From an uncultured Enterocloster sp. (lineage in GTDB: Bacteria > Bacillota > Clostridia > Lachnospirales > Lachnospiraceae): DNA of 64,000 bases. Location of the stretch: the NCBI GenBank assembly GCA_944384065.1, contig CALWRY010000005.1, positions 294 through 64,293 on the forward strand, in the 5' to 3' direction. The first letter of the stretch is position 1. Each line of letters begins with the position of its first letter. Below are positions 36,311-45,497 of the stretch, in pieces. The notes beneath the pieces are model-generated. The model had not been told where the DNA came from. It made no database searches and saw nothing but the letters and a program-made list of their open reading frames with translations. The position numbers were made by a program, and so were the translations under genes.

Positions 36311-36521
36311 CAGATGAAAAAATGCCATCCCGAATGTCGTTTCGTCCCCTTATCCGCTATGTACATTTATCCAATATAGTATTATATAAAAATTCCCCCG
36401 CTCCCGATATCGACGTTATGTAAGCATTGGGTAAAATCTGCGTAAAATTTCGAAACAGGCGTCCTGCCTATGCCATACGATAGAATAGAAAAATGCATCA
36501 TGTTGCAAAAATCTATAATTC

Positions 36522-37555
36522 ATGGCCTATATCCGTTCCAGGATCGTTGACGATGAAATGTATTATCTGCTGCTTGATGAAATTCAGATGCTGGATTGCT
36601 TTGAGGCCGTCCTGAATGGCTATCTGCGTAAAGAGAATATGGATGTATTTGTGACCGGAAGCAATGCAAAACTACTGTCTAAAGATATTGCCACCGAGTT
36701 TGCCGGCCGTGGCGACGAGGTTCATATGTATCCTTTGAGCTTTGCGGAATTTATGTCCGTATATCAGGGTGATAAATACATGGGACTATCTGAGTATATG
36801 CTTTACGGGGGCATTCCTCTGATTGTTCTGCGCGACGGTGCAGGAGAAAAGGCTACCGCATTACAAAACCTGTTCAATGAGATATATATTCGGGATATTA
36901 CCAAGCGAAACCGGGTAAAAAACATGGGAGAACTGGAGGACTTGCTAAACATCCTTTCTTCTTCCATTGGCTCACTTACCAATCCGGAAAAATTAAAGAA
37001 TACCTTCAAAACTGTAAAGAAATCCAGAATTACTGCAGCCACTATAAAAAATATCTGGATTATTTTGAGGACTCTTTCCTGATTGAATCCGCCCAACGGT
37101 ACGACATCAAAGGAAAGGCATATATTGAAACGCCAAAAAAATATTACTTCTCCGACCTTGGGCTCCGCAACGCCAGAATCAATTTCCGTCAGTTTGAGCA
37201 GACCCATTCCATGGAGAATGTGATTTACAATGAGCTTCGTATGCGGGGCTACCGCGTAGATGTAGGCGTAATACCGATTGCAGAGAGGGCTCCGGACGGC
37301 AGGGCAGTCCGCAGACAATTGGAGGTTGATTTTATCTGTAATCTCGGCTCCTCCAGATATTATATTCAGTCAGCCTATTCACTGCCCGACGAAGCTAAGC
37401 GCACACAGGAAATCAGACCTTTTAGAAAGATTGATGATTCCTTCAAGAAAATTATCATTACCAAGGATATTGTTCAGCCATACTATGATGAATACGGTAT
37501 TTTGACCATAAACATCTACGACTTCCTGCTTGACCCGGGATGTCTTGAAAAATAA
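36522..37555 (+). pseudogene. AAA_14 + DUF4143 type ATPase, 5'-truncated and frameshifted
   Basis: Begins just before Walker B (LLDEIQ) with no Walker A; VTGSN and YGGIP present; frame break in the A6 run at 37046-37051; continues KYYFSDLG, ENVIYNEL, EVDFI, YIQS in the next frame. Confidence 0.88.
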
Positions 37556-37679
37556 AAATTCATAGCAAGTCTGCACACACCCGGCGGGAAGACAAAAGCC
37601 CCGCAAAGGCTCCCATCTGAAGGAAAACCTTTTCCTCCTCCAAAAGCGCCTTCGCAGGGCTTAAAATGCATCGCCGTCC

Positions 37680-38810
37680 TTACGCCTTCACCTTCGCCGC
37701 AAAATCCGCCATGGCCTCCGAAATCTTTATCTGCTGGGGACAGACCGCCTCACAGCTCCTGCATCCAATGCAGGCATCCGGGCGCTTGTCCTCCGGGAAC
37801 CCTGCCAGAGCCATAGGAGCGATAAAGCCGCCGCCTGTAAAGCTGTGCTCATTGTACAGGGACAAAAGCCTGGGAATATCCAGTCCCTGGGGGCAGTGGC
37901 TGGTGCAGTAATGGCATGCCGTGCAGGGAACTGTATTTTTTAACATTCCGTCCGCAATGCTCAGAAGAGTATCCATCTCCTCCTTGTTCAGGGGCTTGTC
38001 CTCCGCGAAGGTAGCCAGATTGTCAGCCAGCTGGGCCTCATTGGACATGCCGGAAAGAATCATCGTAACCTCCGGAATGGTCTGCAGGAAGCGGAAGGCC
38101 CAGGCGGGAATTCCCTCGTCAGGCCGCAGCGCCTTTAGCCTCGCCTCGTCCTCCGCAGCCAGGCTGGCCAGCTTTCCGCCCCGCACAGGCTCCATCACCC
38201 ACACCGGGATATTCCACTTCGTCAAGAGCTCCACCTTGGCCTTTGCGTCCTGGAAGGTCCAGTCCAGATAATTGAGCTGAATCTGTCCAAATTCCATGTC
38301 CTTTCCGTAGGCTGCCAGGAACCGCTCCATCACCTCCAGACTTCCGTGGGCGGAAAATCCCAGATGGCGGATGCGCCCGGCCTTCTTCTGCTCCATCAAA
38401 TAATCGAAGATGCCGTATTTCTTATCCAGATAGGCGTCAATGTTCATCTCGCAGACGTTGTGGAACAGATAAAAGTCGAAATACTCCACCCCGCATTTCT
38501 CCAGCTGCTTCTCAAAAATCTCCTGCACCTTGTCCATGTTCGCCAGGTCATAGCCTGGGAACTTGGTGGCCAGATAGAAGCTCTCCCTCGGGTGCTTTTT
38601 CAGAGCCCGGCCCATGACCAGCTCTGAATTGCCGCTGTGGTAGCCCCAGGCCGTATCATAATAATTCACGCCCTGCTCCATGGCCATATCCACCATCCTG
38701 GAGGCCGCCGCCTCGTCAATCTTCGCGTCGTCTCCGCCGACGACTGGCAGACGCATAGCCCCCATTCCCAGAGCCGAGAGCTTCAAATCCTGAAATTCCT
38801 TGTAAATCAT
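37680..38810 (-). CDS. aldo/keto reductase with C-terminal 4Fe-4S domain
   Basis: GAMRLP, YYDTAWGY, GFSAH, CTACHYC...CP and CIGCRSCEAVCPQ motifs. Confidence 0.94.
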   Translation of the reverse strand: MIYKEFQDLKLSALGMGAMRLPVVGGDDAKIDEAAASRMVDMAMEQGVNYYDTAWGYHSGNSELVMGRALKKHPRESFYLATKFPGYDLANMDKVQEIFEKQLEKCGVEYFDFYLFHNVCEMNIDAYLDKKYGIFDYLMEQKKAGRIRHLGFSAHGSLEVMERFLAAYGKDMEFGQIQLNYLDWTFQDAKAKVELLTKWNIPVWVMEPVRGGKLASLAAEDEARLKALRPDEGIPAWAFRFLQTIPEVTMILSGMSNEAQLADNLATFAEDKPLNKEEMDTLLSIADGMLKNTVPCTACHYCTSHCPQGLDIPRLLSLYNEHSFTGGGFIAPMALAGFPEDKRPDACIGCRSCEAVCPQQIKISEAMADFAAKVKA

Positions 38811-38911
38811 ACCGCCATACCCCTTTCTTTATAATGTCCGCCGCACCTCATGCAGGCCGGCGTTATTTACCCTTTCGGAGGCAGTCTCCTGCCCCCGAAA
38901 TCTCTGTTTTT

Positions 38912-38942
38912 ATTATAAAGCTTCAAGTATGGTTTAAGTCAA
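38912..38942 (-). promoter_or_regulatory. MerR-type promoter with 19-bp spacer upstream of the aldo/keto reductase
   Basis: TTGACT-19 bp-TATAAT with dyad CTTAAAC-N4-CTTGAAG overlapping the -35 and spacer. Confidence 0.72.
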
Positions 38943-39003
38943 GCGATTTTTCTTTTTGATGAGCTTTTGGACGGCTCTATTTTCAATGGACCGCCGTCCT
39001 CTC

Positions 39004-40257
39004 TCACAGCAGCCCCGTCAGTCTCCAGTATGGCAGATACACCGCCGCAGCCGCAAAATACACCAGCAGAGTAGCCGGAAGTCCGAACCTTGTCACATAT
39101 CCAGAGGGGAAGTATCCGTCCGAGGCCCCCATCATCATGGAAACAGAGTGGAAGGGCAGTATGGCATGGAACGATACGCTTACAACAGCGGTGAACACAA
39201 TCACCTCCGCCGGAACCTGCTCCCCGCACAAGAGCATCATTCCAGGGACGACCACGGAGAGCGTGGTCGTGTTGCTGCCCAGAAGCATGTGCAGGGCCAT
39301 GCTGATTGCCACCATAATCCAGAGGTATGCGACAGAAAATTCTGACGGGAATACCCCGGAAAACAGCCCGAACACCTTATCCGCCGCCCCGCAGGCCTCC
39401 ATCACCCCGCCGATAGAAAAGGCTGCTGTCAGGAAAATCAGAGTGGTTCCGTCAATCGCATTAAAATCCTTCAGCCGCAGTGTCTTTATGGCAAATAAAA
39501 GAATAACTGCCGCCAGGGTGACCAGAGTACTGTTGATTCCATGAATATCCTGGGTCATCCACAAAAGCACCGTCGCAAGGATAATCCCCGACGCTGCCTT
39601 CTCCCGTTTCGAAAAGCCCTTTATCCTCTCGCCTCTGCCCATAGAAATCGGATGTCCTGCCAGCTGCCTGCGAAATAAAAATCCGAATAACCCCACGACC
39701 AGAACGCAGACAAGGGCAGTAGGCAGAAACATCTCCCGCATCCAGATGCGGTTTGTAATCTCCGCAGCAGAAAACTCCGCCGCCACGATAATGAGCCTGG
39801 CAAGAGGCTGCGGAACCACATAAACCATGAGAAAAAACGTCAGTATAATCGCCGGCACACAGGCAAAGGCTGTATGGACCGTCCGTTCCAAAACCGGCAG
39901 TATTATTTTTTCCAGAATCCCCGCATTGGAGATTGCACGGCTGAACAGGTAAGTGACAACCAGCATGGGAAAGGTCTCCGAAAGAGGAAAGGAAAACACC
40001 TTCTGAAAACCAGCCCCGCTCACCGCGCAAAATACAGCAAGCAGGAAGACGGATGCGGGGATTTTTTTCACAATATTCGCTGACCACCAGATGATGGTTA
40101 AGAGCACTCCCGCCAGCACGCCCGACTGCCGCGCATTAAGCCCCAGCGGTTGAAATAGCAGAATGCCCAGGGGAATGAGCAGGCTTGCAGCCAGCTTCAT
40201 CCCCCACACGGCATTAACAGCATCAGGCAAAACATATTTTTTCAATATTGCTTTCAT
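39004..40257 (-). CDS. SLC13/DASS family permease, possibly with an internal in-frame deletion
   Basis: Highly hydrophobic; IFLTAAFSIG, HMLLGS and LPFHS motifs; short (417 aa). Confidence 0.7.
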   Translation of the reverse strand: MKAILKKYVLPDAVNAVWGMKLAASLLIPLGILLFQPLGLNARQSGVLAGVLLTIIWWSANIVKKIPASVFLLAVFCAVSGAGFQKVFSFPLSETFPMLVVTYLFSRAISNAGILEKIILPVLERTVHTAFACVPAIILTFFLMVYVVPQPLARLIIVAAEFSAAEITNRIWMREMFLPTALVCVLVVGLFGFLFRRQLAGHPISMGRGERIKGFSKREKAASGIILATVLLWMTQDIHGINSTLVTLAAVILLFAIKTLRLKDFNAIDGTTLIFLTAAFSIGGVMEACGAADKVFGLFSGVFPSEFSVAYLWIMVAISMALHMLLGSNTTTLSVVVPGMMLLCGEQVPAEVIVFTAVVSVSFHAILPFHSVSMMMGASDGYFPSGYVTRFGLPATLLVYFAAAAVYLPYWRLTGLL

Positions 40258-40775
40258 GATACAGCCTCAAGCGACAGCACCTTAAACGTTCCGGACTCCT
40301 TGGCAAGCTGGCAGAGAAGGCGGCGCATTCCCTCCTCGGTTTCCTTTGCCGCCATTTCTTTTACACTGACATGGTTTAACGCAGCCATATCCATATAGCG
40401 GTGCAGGTCCTCCTCCCTGCAGCGGAGGCTGACGCGGACCGCCTCCTTCCCGGCTCCTTCTTCCAGACCCGCCTCTGCAAGGAGGGCCCGGACCGTCTCG
40501 TCCTGCATCTTCGTCAGAATCCCATATTGATGCTTCCGGCTGATGCAGATGGTATGCGTCAGAAAATCCCTATAATTCTCCTTAAGCTCCTCATCCGCAA
40601 TATCTGAGGTCCGCCTCTTGACCATGGCGGCCTCCCGCTCAGCCACATACACGTCCCCGCCGGTCCTTGCCTTTGTCTCTGCCACCCGCCGGGCGCAGTC
40701 CATGCGCTTTAAAAACAGCGCCTTCATCTGCTGGTCAATCTGGTCAATTTCTTCTCTGATTTCTTCTAATGTCAT
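40254..40775 (-). CDS. chorismate mutase (AroQ) domain protein
   Basis: LEEIREEIDQID...FLKRM...VAETK...RE motif. Confidence 0.82.
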   Translation of the reverse strand: MTLEEIREEIDQIDQQMKALFLKRMDCARRVAETKARTGGDVYVAEREAAMVKRRTSDIADEELKENYRDFLTHTICISRKHQYGILTKMQDETVRALLAEAGLEEGAGKEAVRVSLRCREEDLHRYMDMAALNHVSVKEMAAKETEEGMRRLLCQLAKESGTFKVLSLEAVS

Positions 40776-40790
40776 TTTTCTTCCTCCCGC

Positions 40791-41030
40791 TTAGATGAAC
40801 GTCCCCTGCCGGATTAACTCCTCCCGGATTCTGCCAATATCTGCTGTACCGTCCAAAGCCTGGCAGGCGGCAGCCACACCAGCCGCATGGCCTGTGGCAA
40901 AGCAGGTGCCCATCACCCGCACCGCCGCAAAAGCCGCCTCGTCGGAGGATACAATCCTTCCGGCTCCGTACAAATTCCCGGTGTCCGCTGACTGCAGTGC
41001 CCCGAGGGGAATATCAAGCTTCATCGCAGA
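40791..41030 (-). pseudogene. C-terminal remnant of an FAD-dependent oxidoreductase
   Basis: IPLGAL...NLYGAGR.VS...RVMGTCFATGHAAGVAAA; N-terminal Rossmann domain absent. Confidence 0.8.
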
Positions 41031-41204
41031 ATCCCTCCGGACATCGGATTTCAAAGTCCTTCCCCTGGACGAATCGCCGGCGCGGCCCATCTACTACGTA
41101 ACGCTGCGGGAGCTCCTGGACTACCCATCCATCCGAGCCTTCACCCGCTATGTCACACATTACCGGTTCCCAGAGCGTGTTTGAACGCCGTACCGCTCAT
41201 GCTC

Positions 41205-42035
41205 TCAAATCCCCATCCCAAGCCTCCGTATCAAAAACAGCGCCAGCAGGTGGGCCGGATAGAAGAGGTAGAAGCCGTACCTCCAGCCAGCCCGCCCCCG
41301 CCTTCCATTGTACAGATACACAAAAATCCCGGAGAGAGCGCCGGCGCCTTTATTCACCTCCAGCGTGGAGAGCAGCCCCAGAAGGCCAGCCGCTGCCCCC
41401 CGGCCCGCCCGGTTCTCACGGAGCCAGAAGAACGCTGCCATATACAAAATTCCCACAGCCCCGTAATCCGCCCGCAGCGCCTCCGCCGCCAGCGATCCCA
41501 CAAGGACAATGCACCCAAAGGCAAAAGGATTCCTGCCCCACACGCTCCGCCTTGCCGCCTCCTCTGCCGCCCACAGAGTCATAAGCCCCAGGGCCAGCTC
41601 AAGCATCACGTTCTGCCCGTCCCAGCACACCCACTGGTTATAGACAGCCAAATCAAAGGGAATCTCCGAAATCAGGGCGAATACCCCCAGGCGAAGCAGA
41701 TAGCGTCCCCGGCTTCGGGTGTGCACAACCCCCTCCGCCAGCAGCAGGCAGAAAATAGGGAAGGCCAGCCTGCCCGCCATCCGCAGCCCCCGGGCCCAGA
41801 GAACCACCATAGGCCGGTACGGCGAATCGAAGGCCAGGATATGTCCCCCATACACCAGCAGATATTCCAGCAGCACCAGCCCCACATGGTCCAGGAGCAT
41901 GCTGAAGGCAGCGATGTATTTCAGGGCGCTTCCGCTAAGTCCCCTGTCTCTTCCTTGCTCCGCCTGCTTCCTGCGTCCCCGCAGCCCCTGCCCGCCGCCC
42001 CGGGGCCCCTGTTTTCCGTATAACGTATGCCTCAT
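41205..42035 (-). CDS. TraX family membrane acyltransferase-like protein
   Basis: LKYIAAFSMLLDH, GRLAFPIF, SEIPFD, YNGRRG and FYLFYPAHL motifs. Confidence 0.88.
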   Translation of the reverse strand: MRHTLYGKQGPRGGGQGLRGRRKQAEQGRDRGLSGSALKYIAAFSMLLDHVGLVLLEYLLVYGGHILAFDSPYRPMVVLWARGLRMAGRLAFPIFCLLLAEGVVHTRSRGRYLLRLGVFALISEIPFDLAVYNQWVCWDGQNVMLELALGLMTLWAAEEAARRSVWGRNPFAFGCIVLVGSLAAEALRADYGAVGILYMAAFFWLRENRAGRGAAAGLLGLLSTLEVNKGAGALSGIFVYLYNGRRGRAGWRYGFYLFYPAHLLALFLIRRLGMGI

Positions 42036-42225
42036 TCCTTTCCCCATATATCTGCGGCAGCTCCGGCAATGGCTGCCTATCCATCCGCTTTGCTTCACTA
42101 TAGCACAACCCATGCGGGAAGTCCACGCCTAAGCCTGTTCCACCCAAAAAGGAGGGGGCTCCTCCTGGAAGCTCCCCTCCTCATGTATCCCGGTATTGTC
42201 TTTTCCCCGCAGGCCGCCCCTGGGC

Positions 42226-43608
42226 TTACTGCTCGTTCAAGATCTCTGTCATTCGGGTCTGGCAGTTATCCACCACCTGCTGTGCTGTGGCTGAACCATT
42301 TACAACCATGGGATCCATTTCCTCATTGAAAATCTCGTTGAACTGCTGGAAGGGCACAGATGTCTCATCCGCAGCCAGCTTCGGATCAATCGTTCCTACG
42401 ATCTCGCTGAAGATCTTCATCTCATCCCCGAAGTTTGCGTAATTCAGCTCCGTCTCCAGAAGGCTTGTGCGCACAGGGATAAATCCGCCGGTCTCGCAGA
42501 ATTTCTGCATATTTTCCGCATTCGTAATATAGTCAACTACAATGGCTGCCGCATTGGGATACTCCGTTCCCGCATAAGCAAAGATGGCATTTCCGCCCAT
42601 ATCGGAACCGGTCTTTCCATTCCGGATCGGCATATAGGTAACTCCCCAGTTTCCAGCCATATTCTCTTCCATGTAGGAGCAGTGCCAGCTTCCAGAGAAT
42701 GTAAATGCAATCTGCTCCGCAACGAACAGAGAGTTGGTGGTTGCCGTACCGGTCAGAGCCGTATTGCAGATCAGATCCTCTTTCCGAAGATTCTCATAGA
42801 ACTGAATTGCCTCCAAAACCTCCGGGCTATTCATCGTCACTGCCGTCTGATCCTCGTTCAAAAGCGCTCCGCCGTTCATATATACAAACGGAAGATACCG
42901 GTAGCCGCTGCCACCCTCCCAAATACCGCCGCAGGCATAGGGCAGATTAAACTGCTCCTTTAAGGTTCTTGCGATATCCGTCAGCTCCTCCCAGGTCCAG
43001 GCGTCCTCCACACTGGTGGGGATGCGGATGCCTGCCTCCTCAAACATGCGCTTATTGTAGTAGATGGCAATTGTATCTGCATGGTGCGGCATTGCCACTA
43101 CCTTTCCGTCATAGGTGCCAGCGGACAAAAAGGCGTCTGATACATCATCCAGGCTTTCCTGGGAAATATAGGGGGTCAAATCAAGCATCACATCTGCCGC
43201 CTTAAACTTTCCAAGGCGCTGATACGTATAGCGGATTACATCGGGCCAATCATCCCCTGCCACTCGGGTATCCAGCATCTCCGGGAAATCACCCGACGGA
43301 TACGTCTGGGGAACAATCTTGATTTCCGGATGATCCTTCTGAAGATTGGCGAGAAGCTCATCCCAGGCCGCCTTATCGGAAGTGGATCCCTCCCAATAGG
43401 CGATCTCAATCTCCGCTCCTTCCTCGGCCACCAGACCTTCCACCGCCCCGCCGGCCTCGCCGACGGTCTCCTCCTGCGCTTCCTGGGCGGCTGCCGCCGC
43501 TGCGGTTGTCTCCGACGCGGTTTCCCCGCCTCCGCACGCGGAAAGGCCTGCTGCCATTCCCACCGCCAATACAGCTGCTAATACTTTTTTGAACTCCTTT
43601 TTACGCAT
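42226..43608 (-). CDS. sugar ABC substrate-binding lipoprotein
   Basis: Lipobox LSAC, YYNKRMF, WTWEE and FSGSW motifs. Confidence 0.92.
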   Translation of the reverse strand: MRKKEFKKVLAAVLAVGMAAGLSACGGGETASETTAAAAAAQEAQEETVGEAGGAVEGLVAEEGAEIEIAYWEGSTSDKAAWDELLANLQKDHPEIKIVPQTYPSGDFPEMLDTRVAGDDWPDVIRYTYQRLGKFKAADVMLDLTPYISQESLDDVSDAFLSAGTYDGKVVAMPHHADTIAIYYNKRMFEEAGIRIPTSVEDAWTWEELTDIARTLKEQFNLPYACGGIWEGGSGYRYLPFVYMNGGALLNEDQTAVTMNSPEVLEAIQFYENLRKEDLICNTALTGTATTNSLFVAEQIAFTFSGSWHCSYMEENMAGNWGVTYMPIRNGKTGSDMGGNAIFAYAGTEYPNAAAIVVDYITNAENMQKFCETGGFIPVRTSLLETELNYANFGDEMKIFSEIVGTIDPKLAADETSVPFQQFNEIFNEEMDPMVVNGSATAQQVVDNCQTRMTEILNEQ

Positions 43609-43713
43609 ATACTGCTTCCTCCTTTTATTTTTTTCGCGTTTTCCCAATCCTCCGCTTGTCCGCAGGGACGGCAGAGGATGTAAGAGATCCGCGATTTTTT
43701 CTCCTCTATTCCA

Positions 43714-44568
43714 CTAACCCTTAATGCCGCTGGATGCCATTCCCTGAACAAACTCCTTCTGGAAGATCAGGAATACCACCAGCACCGGCAGCGTGGATAT
43801 CAGCGAAGCGCTCATCATATCATTCCAGTTCACATATTGTGCCCCATTCAGCATGGAAAGACCCAGCTGCACTGTGTAATACTTCTCATTCGATATCAGG
43901 ATCAAGGGCCACTGCAGGTCATTCCAGCGCCACATAACCGTGAAAATTACCAGAACGCTGATCAGGGGCTTAACATTCGGCAGAATAATTCTGCTGAAAA
44001 TGGTAAATTCCGTCGCCCCGTCAATTCGCCCGGCCTCCAGCAGCTCGTCCGGAATATCACTGATAAACTGCCGTGCCATGAACAGGCCAAATGCCTCCGC
44101 GCAGGGCGGGATGATAACTCCCCACAGCGTGTTCCGGATTCCCAGCTTCGTAGCAATGATGAAATTCGGGATCATGGTTACCTGCAGGGGGATCATCAGG
44201 GTGCTGAGCACGATGAGGAAAAAGAACTCCTTAAACCGGAACTTGTATTTTGCAAATGCAAAGCCCGCAAGCAGGTTAATGCTGACCGTAATCGCTGTGG
44301 ACGTAAAGGTAACAATAAAGCTGTTCCTAAAGTACCGGCCAAAGTCCGCTCTGGACAGCGCCGTGGCAAAATTGCTCCATATGAATTCTCCTGGCCACAG
44401 CTTGGGCGGAAATTCGAAAATCTCCTCCACCGGCTTAACAGCTGTCACAAACATCCAGTAAAAGGGGAACAGCGCTACCAGCGCAGCAAGGAAAACTATC
44501 AGGAAAATACAGATCTTCATAATCATGTACTTTCTTTTGTCCATTCCCATACGACCGTTTCCTTCCAT
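43714..44568 (-). CDS. carbohydrate ABC permease
   Basis: EAGRIDGA and WNDLQWP motifs. Confidence 0.93.
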   Translation of the reverse strand: MEGNGRMGMDKRKYMIMKICIFLIVFLAALVALFPFYWMFVTAVKPVEEIFEFPPKLWPGEFIWSNFATALSRADFGRYFRNSFIVTFTSTAITVSINLLAGFAFAKYKFRFKEFFFLIVLSTLMIPLQVTMIPNFIIATKLGIRNTLWGVIIPPCAEAFGLFMARQFISDIPDELLEAGRIDGATEFTIFSRIILPNVKPLISVLVIFTVMWRWNDLQWPLILISNEKYYTVQLGLSMLNGAQYVNWNDMMSASLISTLPVLVVFLIFQKEFVQGMASSGIKG

Positions 44569-44572
44569 AACC

Positions 44573-45463
44573 TCAATCCTCCTTTTTCGCTTTCATCTGT
44601 ACAACTGTAAAAGCAACCATCAGCACAAAAAGCACTACTCCTGCAGCCGCAGCTCTTCCGTAATAATTCTTCTGGAACGCCTGCTCATACACATACATTA
44701 CGATGGTCTTTGTCGCATTCAAAGGACCTCCCTGTGTCATTGTGTAAATCAGGTCGAAGGATCGAAAGCTATTGATCAGCGAGGTGATTATTACAAACAT
44801 ATGGGTATTCTTCAAAAGCGGGAGAGTCACATACCGGAATTTCTGCCAGGTTGTAGCCCCATCAATGGTTGCGGCCTCCATCAGCTCGGTCGGGATTCCC
44901 TGCAGGCCGGCCAGATAAATTACCATATTGTAGCCGGTCTTCTGCCATATGGTTGCCACAATGATCATCACCATGGCAAAGCGCGTATCGTTCTGCCAGT
45001 TGATCCCCTCGCCTCCCAGCAGCGTGATAATATAATTAATCAGGCCCAGCTGATCCTGGAAGATCCAGATAAAAACAGTTCCCACTACCACCGTAGAGAC
45101 AACCGCAGGCGCATAGATCGATGAACGGATCAGGCCGCGCAGCGGAATCTTATTATTCAGCAGTACCGCAAACAGCAGTGACAAAACCATCAGGATCGGA
45201 ACCGTCACCGCGCTGTAATACACGGTATTGAACATCGACTTGATAAACACATCATCCGTAAATATGTACAGATAGTTTTCCAGGCCTATAAACTTCGGAT
45301 CGCCCAAGCCATTCCATTTCACTGTGCTGTAGTAAAAAGACATGAAAATGGGAATGATCATAAATGTCAAAAACAGGATCATGTTCGGCAGAATATAAAG
45401 GTATGGCACCACCTTTATATTCCTCCAAAATGGTGTATAGCTTCCGCTCTTTTTTTCCCTCAT
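44573..45463 (-). CDS. carbohydrate ABC permease
   Basis: EAATIDGA and MTQGGP motifs. Confidence 0.93.
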   Translation of the reverse strand: MREKKSGSYTPFWRNIKVVPYLYILPNMILFLTFMIIPIFMSFYYSTVKWNGLGDPKFIGLENYLYIFTDDVFIKSMFNTVYYSAVTVPILMVLSLLFAVLLNNKIPLRGLIRSSIYAPAVVSTVVVGTVFIWIFQDQLGLINYIITLLGGEGINWQNDTRFAMVMIIVATIWQKTGYNMVIYLAGLQGIPTELMEAATIDGATTWQKFRYVTLPLLKNTHMFVIITSLINSFRSFDLIYTMTQGGPLNATKTIVMYVYEQAFQKNYYGRAAAAGVVLFVLMVAFTVVQMKAKKED

Positions 45464-45497
45464 ACGCTTCCTCCTTTACTAAACCCCGCCGGCGGAC

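Noticed and set aside
41205-42035. TraX as evidence of a conjugative element
   Set aside because: No relaxase, T4SS, integrase or att sites nearby; stand-alone TraX-family genes are common in Firmicutes.
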